This document shows, one piece after another, positions 23,752 to 37,775 of a stretch of DNA of 64,000 nucleotides. The translations under genes were made by a program, and so were the position numbers. The stretch covers positions 108,440,001-108,504,000 of the forward strand of contig NC_086108.1 in NCBI RefSeq assembly GCF_963921235.1, in the 5' to 3' direction. The stretch's first letter is position 1, and the number at the start of each line of letters is the position of its first letter. This DNA is from Mobula hypostoma. Taxonomy: Eukaryota. The notes below the pieces were generated by a model. The model worked only from the letters and a program-made list of their open reading frames with translations, made no database searches and had not been told where the DNA came from.

Positions 23752-24989
23752 CTAGTAAGATGACGGCACACTTAATTGCAGCAGTCTCACGCCACAGCGT
23801 CACCTGTTACAGACGCCCAATGGAGGAGGTGTCTGAAACAGCGCAGGGGAGAGTAGAGGCCCAGTGGGCACAGTCGAATAAGTACTGTGTTAGGGGCCGG
23901 CCCCTGCAGACCGGCTCTCCTGTTGGTGCTCGTGTGCTTGTTATTGAAGAAAAGTGGCTCCAAGACAACATTCTATTCACCGTCAGTCTTCAGGCCAGGC
24001 CAACCAGGAACTTGTGGTAATGTTATCTCGTGACCGTATGTGCTATCATAACTATATATGTTGTGTGTGACTGTTTGAATTGTTTCATTTCGCCATATGC
24101 ATGTGTTTGGTTGAATGACAATTAAGTGTGCGGATGACAGGAATAGGAGAGGCTGATTGGATTGAATTTAATGTGTTGGGAGTTGGCTCAGGGGGAAATA
24201 AGTCAATTGAATGGATCAATGATTTCAAATAACCTGCCTGTGCTGCAGGTTATACATGGTCTTAAATATTCAGGGAATGATATATTGGCCTGACATGGGA
24301 TAGTATGCAAATCAGTAGTCAGTATGGCTGCACTGCTCCAGGTTAAATTACTTCAGTGGGAATTTATGCCAGGAACATCTCATGCAAAAAAAAAACAAGC
24401 TGCTTCGAGGATCTCAATGGATCAGGCAGCATTAGAGACAAACTCCCGCAGGTCAGCAAATCACAGGTGTCAGAAGTCCATGCAAATCCGGAGTTTCAGG
24501 CCTGGAAGTTCAAAGTCCCGTGATTGACGAGTCCTAAGCTTGATAACGAAGCTCGAGGCCTGAAGGTCAAAGACCCCGGTTGGTGAATCTGGAAGTCGAG
24601 GCCCGATGCCTGCAAGTTTGATAGTCTGGGTCAAGGACTGGAGGTTGGGGACAGAAAAGCTGTCTGTCCTGGGGTTTGGAAGCCTGTCTGTGTGGACGGA
24701 TGGGAGGGAGGAAAGGGAATTGTTTGGTAATTGTTGTTTTGTTTCATTGCTGCTGTTGTGTTGTTGTTGTTGTTATTTGTGTTGTTCTGCAGAACACTGT
24801 GGACATGCTCTGGTGGTGCCAGAATGTGTGGCAGTCCTTGTGGGCTGCCCCCAGAGCATCATGAGGTTGCATTGGTTGTTCACACAGACGACGCTTTTCA
24901 CTGCATGTTCTGATGTACACGTGATAAATAAATGAATCTGAATCTCTATGTGTATTTCCAAGAGAAGCATGACCAAATCTGTAAGCAAT

Positions 24990-25350
24990 ACGCATAAGAG
25001 ATTCTGCAGACGCTGGAAATCCAGAGCAAGAAACACAAAATGCTGGAGGAACTCAGCAGGTAAGGCAGTGTCTACGGGAAATGAAAAAACAGTTGACACT
25101 TCAGGCCAAGACCCTTGTTCAGAACCGGAAAGGAAAGCCGAAGGCACCAGTAAAAAAGGTGGGGAGCGGGGAAGGATGACAAGCTAGAAGGTGATAGGCG
25201 AAGACAGGTGAATGGGGAAAGAAAAGGGTTGAAGAAGAAGGAATCCGATAAGACCATGCGAGAAAGGGAAGGAGAAGGGACAGCAGGGAGAGGTGATAGA
25301 CAGGTGAGGAGAAGGGGTAAGAAGCCAAAGTGGAGAATAGAAGAGGCAAA
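24990..25350 (-). mobile_element. PLE terminal-repeat fragment
   Basis: ctgcagacgctggaaatcc...aaaatgctggaggaactcagcagg with a degenerate hammerhead and purine-rich body. Confidence 0.75.
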
Positions 25351-26456
25351 GGGGAGTTAAAAATGTGGGTTTCTCTGTCCAAATTATTCCAATAAAGACT
25401 TTATGAGATGTAATCAGTGTAAAAAAAATCAACAGATGCGTTTTATGCACAGTGTTATCCACAGGGCAATATAATCAAACCATCGGCGATTTGAACCTGG
25501 AAGTTCATTGACTTGGGACATGAAGGGGTTCTCTCTCTCCAGGTACCACCTGACCTGATAACTTTACACAGCATTCTCTACTTTTACACTGGTTTTTGAA
25601 ATGATGGTTCAGAAACCACTCTCAGCGCATGGACCACAACTAATTACCTCCATAACTGGGATCTCGGACGCTCACCAGTACAAAGGTAATCAGAAGCACA
25701 GCTTCATTTGGGGATAGACGAGAGTGCAGATGCTCGAATCTGGAGCAACAATCAATCTGCTGGAGGAACTCAGCAGGTCAACGGTGCCTGTGGAGGGGGG
25801 AGACCAATAGTCGACACCTTGGCCCTCCGTGTTTCTATCATCCATGTGCCTAAATAAGAGTGTCTTCAATGTCTCTGACGTATCTGCCTCGAACACCACC
25901 TTTGACAGGGTGTTCCACGCACCCACCACTCTTTGTGTAGAAACTTACCTCTGACATCGTACGCAGCCTCAGAAGAGAGGCTTCCTTTCAGAACAGAGAT
26001 GAAGAAGAATTTCTTTAGCCAGATAGTGGTGAATCTCTGGAATTCTTTGCCACAGACAGCTGTAGAGGCTTAGTCTTTATGTATACTTAAGGCAGAGGTT
26101 GATAGATTCTTGATCAGCCAGGACATGAAGGGATAGGGGAAAAGGCAGAAGATTGGGGCTGAGAGGAAAATTGGATCAGCCATGGCAGAACAGACTTGAT
26201 GGGCCAAATGGCCTAACTCTGCTCCTATTTCTCATGATCTTACGGTCTTATGGACATCCAGTCGGTACTTTCCTACAATCACCTTAAAGTTATGCCACCC
26301 TCATATTAGCCAATTCTGCTCTGAGGAAGAAGTCTTTGGTTGTCCACTCGATCCATGCATTTTGTACGCTGCTATCAAGTCACCTCTCATCCTCCTTTAT
26401 TCCAAAGAGAAAATTCCTATCTTGTCGGCCTATCCTTAAATGACATGCTCTCTCAT

Positions 26457-29343
26457 AGGCAGGTGATAGAAAAGGGACATGCTCAGACCAATGGTTTGAG
26501 ATGCGTCTATTTTAATGCGAGGAGTGTTACGAATAAAGCGGATGAGCTTAGAGCATGGATCAGCACTTGGAGATATGATGTTGTGGCCATTACAGAGAGT
26601 TGGATGGTGCAGGGGCAGGAATGGCTACTTCAAGTGCCAGGCTTTAGATGTTTCAGAAAGGACAGGGAGGGAGGCAAAAGAGGTGGGGCATGGCACTGTC
26701 GATCAGAGATAGTGTCACTGCTACAGAAAAGGGGGGAAGTCATGGAGGGGTTGTCTATGGAGTCTCTGTGGGTAGAAGTTAGGAATAGGAAGGAGTCAAT
26801 AACTCAACTGGGTGTTTTTTTCAGACCACCCAATAGCAACAGGGACATCGAAGAGCAGATAGGGAGACAGATTCTGAAAAGGGGTGATAATAACAGGGTT
26901 GTTGTGGTGGGAGATTTTAATTTCTCAGTTATTGATTGGCATCTCCCCAGAGTGAAGGGTTTAGATGGGATAAAGTTTGTTAGGTGGGATCAGGAAGGTT
27001 TCTTGACACAATATGTAGATAAGCCCACAAGAAGAGAGGCTTTACTTGATCTCGTATTGGGAAATGAACCTGGTCAGGTCTCTCAGTGGGAGAGCATTTT
27101 GGAGATAGTGATCACAATTCTATCTCCTTTACCATAGCATTGGAGAGGGATTGGAACAGACAAATTAGGGAAACGTTTAATTGGAATAAGGGGAAATATG
27201 AAGCTGTCAGGCAGGAACTTGGAAGCATAAATTGGAAACAGATGTTCTCAGGAAAACGTATGGAAGAAATGTGGCAAATACCCAGGGGATATTTGTGTGG
27301 GGTTCTGAGTAGGTACTTTCCAATGAGACATGGAAAGGATGGTAGGGTACAAGATCCATGGTGTACAAAGGCTGTTGTAAATCTAGTCAAGAAGAAAAGA
27401 AGAGCTTACAAAAGGTTCAAAAAACTAGGCAATGATAGGAATCTGGAAGATTATAAGGCTAGCAAGAAGGAACTTAAGAATGAAATTAGGAGAGCCAGAA
27501 GGGGCCATGAGAAGGCCTTGGCGGACAGAATTAAGGAAAACCCCAAGGCATTCTACAAGTATGTGAAGAGCAAAAGGATAAGATGTGAGAGAATAGGACC
27601 AATCAAGTGTGAGAGTGGAAAAGTATGTATGGGACAGGAGGAAATAGCAGAGGTACTTAATGAATACATTGCTTCAGTATTCACTATGGAAAAGGATCTT
27701 AGCAACTGTAGGCATGACTTGCAGTAGACTGAAAAACTTGAGCATGTAGACATTAAGAAAGAGGATATGCTGGAGCTTTTGGAAAGCATCAAGTCAGATA
27801 AGTCACTGGGACCAGACGGGATGTACCCCAGGCTACTGTGGGAAGCAAGAGAGGAGATTGCTGAGCCTCTGGCAATGATCTTTGCATCATCAGTGAAGAC
27901 AAGAGAGGTTCCGGAGGATTGGAGGTTTGCAGATGTTGTTCCCTTATTCAAGAAAGGGAGTAAGGATAGCCCAGGAAATTATAGGCCAGTGAGTCTTAAT
28001 CCAGTAGTTGGTAGATTGATGGAGAAGATCCTGAGAGGCAGGATTTCTGAACATTTGGAGAGGAATAATATGATTAGGAATTGTCAGCATGGCTTTGTCA
28101 AAGGCAGGTCATGCCTTACGAACCTGATTGAATTTTTTGAGGATGTGACGAAACACATTGGTGAAGGTGGAGCAGTAGATGTCGTGTGTATGGATTTCAG
28201 CAAGGCATTTGATAAGGTACCCCATGCAAGGCTTATTGAGAAAGCAAGGAGGCATGGGATCCAAGGGGACATTGCTTTGTGGATCCAGAACTGGCTTGCC
28301 TACAGAAGGCAAAGAGTGGTTGTTGATGGGTCACATTCTGCATGGAGGCTGGTGACCAGTGGTGTGACTCAGGGATCTGTTCTGGGACCCCTACTCTTTG
28401 TGATTTTTATAAATGACCTGAATGAGGAAGTGGAGGGATGAGTTAGTAAGTTTGCTGATGACACAAAGGTTGGAGGTGTTGTGGATAGTGTGGAGGGCTG
28501 TCAGAGTTTACAACAGGACATTGATAGGATGCAAAACTGGGGCTGAGAAGTGGCAGATGGAGTTCAACCCAGATAAGTGTGAAGTGATTCATTTTGGTAG
28601 GTCAAATATGATGGCAGAATATAGTATTAATGGTAAGACTCCTGGCAGTGTGGAGGATCAGAGGGATCTTGGGGTCCGAGTCCATAGGACACTCAAAGCT
28701 GCTACGCAGGTTGACTCTGTGGTTCAGAAAGCATACGGTGCATTGGCCTGCATCAATCGTGGGATTGAGTTTAAGAGCTGAGAGGTAATGTTGCAGCTAT
28801 ATAGGACCCTGGTCAGACCCCACTTGGTGTACTGTGCTCAATTCTGGTCTCCTCACTACAGGAAGGATGTGGAAACCATAGAAAGGGTGCAGAGGAGATT
28901 TACAAGGATGTTGCCTGCATTGGGGAGCATGCCTTATGAGAATAGGTTGAGTGAACTCGGCCTTTTCTCCTTGGAGCGAAGGAGGATCAGAGGTGAGCTG
29001 ATAGATGTGTACAAGATAATGAGAGGCATTGATCATGTGGATAGTCAGAGGCTTTTTCCCAGGGCTGAAATGGCTTGCACGAGAGGACACAGTTTTAAGG
29101 TGCTTGGAAGTAGGTACAGAGGAGATATCAGGTGTAAGCTTTTTACGCAGAGAGTGGTGAGTGTGTGGAATGGGCTGCCGGCAGCAGCGGTGGAGCCGGA
29201 AATGATAGGGTCTTTGAAGCTTAGTAAAATAGAGGGTTATGGGTTAAAGCCTAGGTAGTTCTAAGGTAGGGACATGTTTGGCACAGCTTTGTGGACCAAA
29301 GGGCCTATATTGTGCTGTAGGTTTTCTATGTTTCTACGTTTCT
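26457..29343 (+). mobile_element. CR1 LINE with near-complete but disrupted ORF2 (APE endonuclease + RT) and 3' UTR
   Basis: YFNARS, DVVAITESW, FRPPN, VVVGDFNF, LLDLVLGN, GDSDHN (APE); [38 protein letters not shown] (RT); frameshifts and stops; ttcta tail. Confidence 0.95.
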
Positions 29344-30106
29344 AATCTAGGCAGCATCCTGGTAAATCTTTTCCACATCCTCTTTAAAGCTTGTGCACCC
29401 TTCCAAAAGTGAGGGGACCAAACCTGAAGTGTGGTTCAGCCAGGGTTTTGTTCAGCTGGAACTTTACCTCACGGGTCTTGTTCACACTGGCCTCAGAAGG
29501 AATGCACCACTTTCAAAGCTCTGTGGACAGGATCCGCTCCAGCACCTCCTGGGTCTTATGAGCAGAATGACATTTTGGCATCCACATCGCAACCAACTGC
29601 ATGGTTACTGTCAATACACTGGTATTTTTGAAATTGTTCTTTTGGTTCATTATTGTCTCATGTGCCAAGGTACAGTGAAAAACTTGCACACTGTCTCAGC
29701 ATATCAATTCATCACAACTTTTGGCCCAAGATCAAAAGATGTCAAGCATCCCTGATGATATTATTCGCCTTCCTGAAGCGACACACCAAGAAGATGGATC
29801 GGATAGAAGGAAGAAATGAGCCTATGATGGACGGGCAAGTGTTTACCTCTCACTACATGTTCCGATGGTCCAGTAGAGACCAGTTGCTGAACCAGGTTGA
29901 TACACAGCCAGTCTAATTACTTTATATGCTACATTTATAAAAGTTTTTGAGAATCCATGTGACAAAATCAAATCTTATCAGACAGCAATGGAAGTGTCGG
30001 CTCATTTCTGTCCAGAGTTGAGTGAGAGCTTATCACTGTCCTTTCTTTGACAACATGCCAGAGGTATCTCATTGGCTGGGAAGGCTGTCGAGAAATCTTC
30101 TACATA

Positions 30107-30678
30107 AACTCATTGGTCGCTTTATGAGGTACCTCCTGCACCTAATAAAGTCACCACTGAGTGTACTTTTGAGCTCTTCTTCTGTTGTAGCCACTTCAAG
30201 CTTTGGTGTGTTGTGCATTCAGAGATGTTCTCCTCCACAGCACTGTTGTAACGTGTGGTTATTTGAGTTACTGGTGCCTTCCTGTCAGCTTGAACCAGTC
30301 TGGCCATTCTCCTCGGACCCCTCTCATTAACAAGGCATTTTCAACCACAGAACTGCTGCTTACTTGATGTTTTTGTTTGTTTTTCACACCATTCTCTGTA
30401 AACTCTAGTGACTGTTATGTGTGAACATCCCAGGAAATCAGCAGTTTCTGAGATATTCAAACTGTCCCACCTGGCCCCAACAAACATTCCACAGTCAAAG
30501 TCAATTATGATCACGCTTCCTCCCCATTCTGATGTTAGCTCTGAACAACAACTGAACCTCTTGACCATGCTTGCATGCTTTTATGCATTGAGTTGCTGCC
30601 CCATGATTGGCTGTAAATTATTTGCATTGACAAGTTGGTGTACAGGTGTACTGTCCCTAATAAAGTGGCCACTGAGTG
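30107..30678 (-). mobile_element. Internally deleted Tc1-like DNA transposon; related fragments near 33260-33372 and 41390-41553
   Basis: TIR ctaataaagtggccactgagtg followed by TA; transposase remnants FDCGMFVGAR...ISETADFLGCSHITVTRVYREW and MARLVQADRKAPVTQITTRYN. Confidence 0.85.
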
Positions 30679-31361
30679 TAAACACAAATTATTTCCTCTA
30701 CTTTCATTGAAGCCATTTCTCCTAGCCCTCATCATTAAGCTTCCTTGGTTTGTCAAATCAAAAAATATGTCCTGTCCTGAATTTTCATTTCCTAGTATCA
30801 GATTTCAGTCTTCCCTCTCATTCGTTATTAGCCAATATTTCAATTGGAATCGTTGCTTGATGATTTTCCAAGTCATGTACAGAAATTCGACATTTGAAAT
30901 TAAAACACAATCTTCTTCTACCTCTCCATAATGAGTCCCATTTGAATCCTTTTAATTGGGAACCCTAGTGGAAAATGAAATTGTCCAATATATCAAACTA
31001 TCTCCATTCAACAAAATCCATTAGTATTGATTTAAATACATTAGAAATCAGTTGGAGCTTTTGATAATATTTCCTAGATAATGAACAGACTGTTCCATCA
31101 GCCATATTCACAGGCAGTGGCATCATCTAAATCTGACCATGGCTTTCAAAATATGAAAGCCTTAATAAATCACAGCTACTTTCCTGTTGTCTTTGGAAGC
31201 TTTAATCACAGAATATTTCCATGTTGGTCTATAAGACCATAAGACCATAAGTCATCAGAGCAGAATTAGGCCATTTGGCTGATTTATCATCCCTCTCAAC
31301 CCTACTCTCCTACCTACTCCCCATAACCTTTGACACCATGACCAGTCATCTGCTTTAAATA

Positions 31362-32191
31362 CAGTGGATTCCAGTTCATTGCGACACATTACGACCAGTA
31401 CATTTTGGCCCCATTAAGTGGCTGCCTCAGTTTGCCAAATTTTCATGGAAATCATTAAAAAGGTATTAAAAAAAGACAAACTACCATTTAAGAGTAACAC
31501 ATTATGTATTTAAATGAAATACAGAACAAATTAGAACACTAACTATACTACTACAGTACTATAAAACTGTCAATTAGTTCCTAATAGTTGGGGGATTCGT
31601 GCAGTGTACAGTGCTGTGTTCTTTTGATTCACCGTAAATGAACAAAGTTAGTGCCGACGCCTGGCACAGATAAAGGGCTTAAACAATGTTTTTGATGATT
31701 GTATCCTCCAAGTTTTCGTTTTCATTGTAACATTCAAGATAATTGTTGATACCTTCAAATTCTTCATTGTTCCTAACTTGTTGAAGTAGTGAAATTGTTT
31801 CATTTTCACTCTCGGCTGTTTCTGGCATCTCCAAGCCTCAAAGATTGAAACCATGATGAGCAAAACAGTTCTAATATGTCTTATGCTTACTTCTTGCCAT
31901 CGATCAGTGACAAAAATCATTGTTTTTTAAACACGAGCACATGCAACTGATGCTATTTAAAAACTGTTCTGTCTAAACACAGTGTAGTATCTAACGGCCA
32001 CACAAGTGCACAAGATTACGCTAGTTAGAAACAGGTGGGCAACAGACTCCTGTCCCAATTAAGCAGCATTGTGTCCCACATAAACAAAGAAAGTCCCAGC
32101 TATTTTCTCGATTACTTCTTGTTCTCTAACAGATGGCCCAAGTAATTGACTGCCCTGACTAACCGTTGCCCCAATTAACTGGAATTCACTA
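31362..32191. mobile_element. Pogo/Tigger-like non-autonomous DNA transposon inserted at TA in a CR1 fragment
   Basis: TIRs cagtggattccagttcattg / ccaattaactggaattcacta flanked by TA; host CR1 (tgctttaaat...atacccaatga) rejoins on removal. Confidence 0.8.
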
Positions 32192-34945
32192 TATACCCAA
32201 TGATTGGCCTCCACAGCCATCTGTGGCAATCAGTTCCACAGATTCACCACCCCCTAGCTAAAGAAATGCCTTCTCGTCTAAAGCTAAGCTTGAATGGAAA
32301 TGGACTGCCTACCACCAAAATCCAATTAAATCACAAACCACCATTTCAAAATACCTTCAAAGAAATTTCTGGCACTGACACTGGTGTGCCAGAATTACCA
32401 TCACACTTGATCTAATCCACACCCCACACTGAATTCCCAGTTATCTGTCTTTCTCCTCTCTGATCCCCCTCAATAACTATCTTCTTTCAAGGGCTTATTT
32501 CAATTAAGTATAACAGTTGGCTTCAACAGTTTTGGAACTTTTTTTCTTGTGTTCTGTCAGCTGTGGTTCACTGGATAGCAACTTGCTCTTGAACCGTGAA
32601 GTTGTGAGTTCAAATCTCACCCCAGAGGTTTGAGTAGAAGTAATTCATCGGTGGAGAAGTACTTTGAGATGTAAGGAAAGACATTTTTAACTCTTTCTTT
32701 AATCTGCAGACAATTCTTCCAATAGTACCTTCAAGTTTCTTATCCCCAGGAAGCTGCAGAAGCATCCTCTGCAGATGAAGCCAGTGTACAAACAGATGAA
32801 CCAATGGACACTTCATTCTGAGAAGGGAAGATTCACAGCCCACTGCCCTCGCCATCAGCTAATCAGGAAGGAAGAGAAAGAGAAGTTGTTTCTCCCCCCC
32901 CCCCACCATCCCCCTGTGGCAGTCCGCCAGATGACTGCTGTGCAGCAGGATATACATTTCATCGTTTTTCTTGGATCTCCTCACTTACTCACTTCCTCTG
33001 GGGTTCCCACCTATAGCGGGGAGTGATGAGCCATATGACTGATTAATTGTGTGATGATTCGATTGAGCCTCCTGCATGTGGGAGGCACTCTCTTTAGGGC
33101 CCGGGCTTTCAAGTATATGCGTTTTTCTTCTGGGTAGGCCTAGTTCCTCACTCCCACACAGTAAGTTGCCCAGCGTGTGCCATTGCTAACATCACTCTAA
33201 AAATGTTTAATCATACTGTTTTGGTGTCATTCTTGCTCCGTGTATATGTAACAGAGATTACGCTGAGTGCCACTTTATTAGGTACACATACTTGTTAATG
33301 CAAATATCTAATCAGCCAATCATGTGGCAGCAACTCAATGCGTAAAACCACACAGACATGTCAAGAGGTTCAGTGCCAGGGGAGGGGCGTGGGACAGATG
33401 GCAACAAAGGAATACCAGAGGCAGGAGGTGGCAAGGTACAGACACACCCAGCCCTGAGATACCAGGCAAGGGCATTTGATTCCAAACAATTGGTTTATCG
33501 ATCATTACGGAATGTCTCTCTGGTGCTTCCCACTCCCTCCCCTCTCCCTTCCCCTTTTCCCAACCATGACTCCCCTCTCCCTGCCCACTTCCCACTCTCA
33601 GTTCACAATAGAGACCCTGATCAGAATCGTCACTCACATATGTCATGAAATTTGCTTTTGCAGCAGCGGTACAGTACAATACACAAAATTACTTACAGTA
33701 TTGTGCAAACATCTTAGGCTCCCGAGCTATATATATGGTGTGCGTAAAACTTCTACACACTACTGTATGTGCTCGTTGTGCTGCTGCAAGTAAGTTTTTC
33801 ATTCAGAATCAGAATCAGGTTTAATATCACCGGGGTAGCACATCGCAATACATAGTAATAAGACAGTCTATAAATTGAAATAGTAAATGTATTTTAAAAA
33901 TTAAATAAATAGTGCTAAAAGAGAACAAAAAATGTCAAATAATAGTGAGGTAGTATACATGAGTTCATTGTCCATTCAGAAATCTGATGGTGGAGGGGAA
34001 GAAACTGTTCCTTAAGCTGGGGAGGCTATTGGCCAGCTGTCTGAGTTTACAACTTTCTGCAGCTTTTTCTGGTGCTGTGCAGTGGCCCTTCCATAGCAGA
34101 TGGTGATGGAACCAGTTAGAATGCTCTCCACAGTATATCTGTGGATCTGTGTAAGTTCATTGCTCCTGTGCATGCTTGTACATGCGCCTATGACAACAAA
34201 CACAGCGTGGCTTTGACCCTTGGAAATCAATGGATGTAAACACTGGGAAACTCCAATAGAAGTCCAGAAGGTTTCAAGTCCTTTGTTGGAATTGAGGGGG
34301 AGATGGCTGGCAGAATACAGTCCATTAGTGCAAAGTAAATTTTATTATCAAAATACATATATGTGAACTTATACAACCCAGGGATTCATCTACTTGTGGG
34401 CATACTTAACAAATCTATAGAATAATAACCACAACAGGATCAATGAAAGACCGTCCAACTAGGGCATTCAACCAGAGTGCAGAAGGCAACAAACTGTGCA
34501 AGTGCAAAAGAAGAAATAATAATAATAATAAATAAAAAAGCAATAAATATAGAGAACATGAAATGAAGGGTACTTGAAAGTGAGTCCATTGGTTGTGGGA
34601 ACATTTCAATGATGGGGCAAATGAAGTTGAGTGAAGTTATCAGCTTTGGTTCAGGAGCCTGATGGCTGAGGGGCAGCAACTGTTCCTGAACCTGGTGGTG
34701 CGAGTCCTGACGATCCTGTGCCTCCTTCCTAATAGCAGCAGGGAGAAGAAAGCATGTCCCAAGTGTTGGGGGGCCCTGATGATGGATTCTGCTTTCCTCT
34801 GTCAGCTTTTCATGCAGGTGTACTCATGTAGGCTTTACCCGTGACGGACTGTTCACAAGAAGCACTTTTGTGAACACAATATTCCAATTAATATGCAAGA
34901 ACAAAAATCCAATTCCAATACCAATCCCAAGTCCAGAGTAAGGAC

Positions 34946-37063
34946 AAACAAAATAAAATCTGCAGATGCTGGAGATCCAAGCAACACACACAAAATGCTG
35001 GAGGAACTCAGCAGCCCAGTCAGCATCAATAGAAAAAGGCACAGTCAACCCAAAACCCTTCACAGGATTGGAAAAAAAACTGAGGAGTAGATTTGAAAGG
35101 TGGGGGGGGGAAGGGGAGAGAGAAACGCCAGGCGATAGGTGAAACTTGGAGGGGGACGGATGAGGCAAAGAGTTAGATTGGTGAAAGAGACAGAAGGCCA
35201 TGGAAGATAGAAAAAGAGGGGGGAGGAACTCCAGAGGGAGGTGATGGGTGGGCAAGGAGATAACATGAGAGGGGGGAAAAGGGATGGGAAATGGTGAAGT
35301 TGGGGGGACATTACTGGAAGTTTGAGAAATCGATGTCCATGCCATCAGGTTGGAGGCTACCCAAATGGAATATAAGGTGTTGTTCCTCCAACCTAAGTGT
35401 GGCCTTCTCACGACAGTGGAGGAGGCCATAGATGGACATATTGGAATGGAATGGGAAATTCAATTAAAATGGGAGATCCCGCTTATTCTGCCGGAAGGAG
35501 TGTAGGTGCTCGGTGAAGTGGTCTCCCAATCTTAGTGATATACAGGAGGCCACACCAGGAGCACTGAACACAGTATATGACCCCAACAGACTCACAGGGA
35601 GTTTGTCGGCTACGTGGAACAGTCTATGTTCCAAGCCTACACTGGTGACTGTCCCGTTCTTTTCCAGTGCTACATTGACGACTGCTTTGGTGCTGTTTCC
35701 TTCACCAGTGCTGAACTCGTCGCCTTCATCCACATTGCCTCCAGCTTCCACACCACTCTCAAATTCACCTGTCCATTTCCGAGACTTCCCTTCCCTTTCT
35801 CGATCTCACTGTCTCTATCTCCAGAGACAGCTTATCCACCGATTCCTATTATAAACTCTCACAGCTACCCGGACTATACCCTGTCCCACGTTGCTACTTG
35901 TAAAAACGCCATCCCCTTCTCACAATTCCTCTGTCTCTGCTGCATCTGCCCTCAGGATAAGGCTTTTCATTCCAGAACGAAGGAGATGTCCTCCTTTTTC
36001 AAAGAAAAGGACTTCTCTTCCTCCACCATCAATACTGCCCTCAACCGCATCTCTTCCATTTCACACACGTCTGCTCTCACCCCATCTTCCTGCCACCCTA
36101 CCAGGGAATGGATTCCTCTTGTCCTCACCTACCACGTCCAGCACATAATTCTCCAAAATCTCTGCCACCTCCAACTGGATCCCACCACCAAAGACCTTCC
36201 CACCCCCCTACTTTCTGCTTTCCACAGGGATCTCTCCCTCCGCAACTCCCTTATCCATTCAACCTTACCCACTCATCTCCCTCCTGGCACATATCCTTGC
36301 AAGTGGAACAAGTGCCTCACTGGCCCCTACACCTCCTCCCTCACAACCATTCAGGGTCCCAAACAGTCCCTCCAGGTGAGGCGACCCTTCACCTGTGAGT
36401 CTGTTGGGATCATATACTGTTTTTGGTGCTCTCAGTGTGGCCTCTTGTATATCGGTGAGACCCAATGCAGACTGGGAGACCACATCACCGAGCACCTACA
36501 CTCCGTCCGGCAGAACAAGCAGGATCTCCCAGTGGCCACCCATTTTAATTCCACTTCCCAATCCCATTTGATATGTCCATCCATGGCCTCCTCCACTGTT
36601 GTGGTAAGGCCACACTTAGGTTGGAGGAACAGCACCTTATATTCATTTTTTAATTCATTTTCAACAGCCTCCAACCTGATGGCATTAACGTCGATTTCTC
36701 AAACTTCCAGTAATACCTCTTCACCCCCCCCCCACCTTTCATCATTTCCCATCCCCTTTTCCCTCTCTCATGTTATCTCCCTGCCCACGCACTGCCTCCC
36801 TCTGGTGCTCCCCCCCCCCGACCTTTTTCTGTCTTCCATGGACTTCCGTGTCTTTCACCAATCAACTTCCTAGCTCTTTGCTTCGTTCCCCTCCCCTCCT
36901 CCAAGTTTCAACTATTGTTTGGCGTTTTGCTGTCCCCTCCCCCACCTCATTTTTCTTTCTCCAGTCTCGCCGAAGGGTTTCGGCCAGAAACATCGACTGT
37001 GTTTTTCTTTTCCCCATAGATGCTGCCTGGCCTGCTGAGTTCCTCCAGCATTTTGTGTGTGTT
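34946..37063. mobile_element. Penelope-like element as an inverted pair (minus arm to ~35600; plus arm with RT C-terminus and GIY-YIG) with 15-bp TSD
   Basis: YIDDCFG (RT), KNAIPFSQFL, FTCESVGIIYCFWCSQCGLLYIGETQCRLGDHITEH, VATHFN; TSD gtccag(a/t)gtaaggac at 34931-34945 and 37064-37078. Confidence 0.92.
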
Positions 37064-37775
37064 GTCCAGTGTAAGGACTGTTGTTTTTGGGATGTGGAAG
37101 GATACCGGATCTTCTGTTGGAAACCCACATGGACAGAAAGAGAACATGCAAACTCCACATAGATTGATCCTGGGTGTCAGGCACCTTGAGGCAATGGCTC
37201 TACCCACCTGGCCAACGTGCCACCCTACTACTGCTGAGAGGAAGGCAAGTTGCTTAATTCTCCGTGACTGATTTGATATCCTAAATGTCTTTTTACTTGA
37301 CTACATTTTAATTTTTTTTGCAAGGGCTTTAAAGTTTCACAAACATTGACTAATTTTTTAAACTTCTTTAGACCATAAGACATAGGAGCAGAATTAGGCC
37401 ATTTGGCCCATTGAATCTGGTCTGCCATTCCATCATGATTTATTAGCCCTCTAAATCCCATTCTCCCTCCTTTTCCCTGTAACCTTTTCATCATCATCAT
37501 CATCATCATTGTTGCCGTATCCTATGACATGGGCAATCATGGTCTTCCAACCGTCTTTAATCTGCCTGTGGGGATGACCTCCTTGAAAAGAGTTGTCTTA
37601 CTCTTTTCTCTATCCTGGCCATGATTGTTCTTGGCAAAATTTTTCCTCAGAAGTGGTTTGTCATTGCCTTTTTCTGGGCAGTATCTTTACAAGACGGGTG
37701 ACCCCAACCGTGATCAATACTCCTCAGAGATTTTATGCCTGGTGTCGGTGGTTGCATCACCAGGACTTGTGATAT

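Noticed and set aside
26340..29258. Active autonomous CR1
   Set aside because: ORF2 is broken by several frameshifts and stops, and ORF1 is absent
29653..29916. 87-aa ORF as an exon
   Set aside because: No recognisable homology and no convincing splice sites
33020..33072. C/D-box snoRNA-like pattern (GTGATGA, CTGA, GTGATGA)
   Set aside because: Too short, guide regions under 10 nt and no canonical terminal CTGA box
35614..36873. 419-aa ORF as a host or functional gene
   Set aside because: 5'-truncated, degenerate Penelope RT/GIY-YIG that drifts out of frame into the terminal repeat
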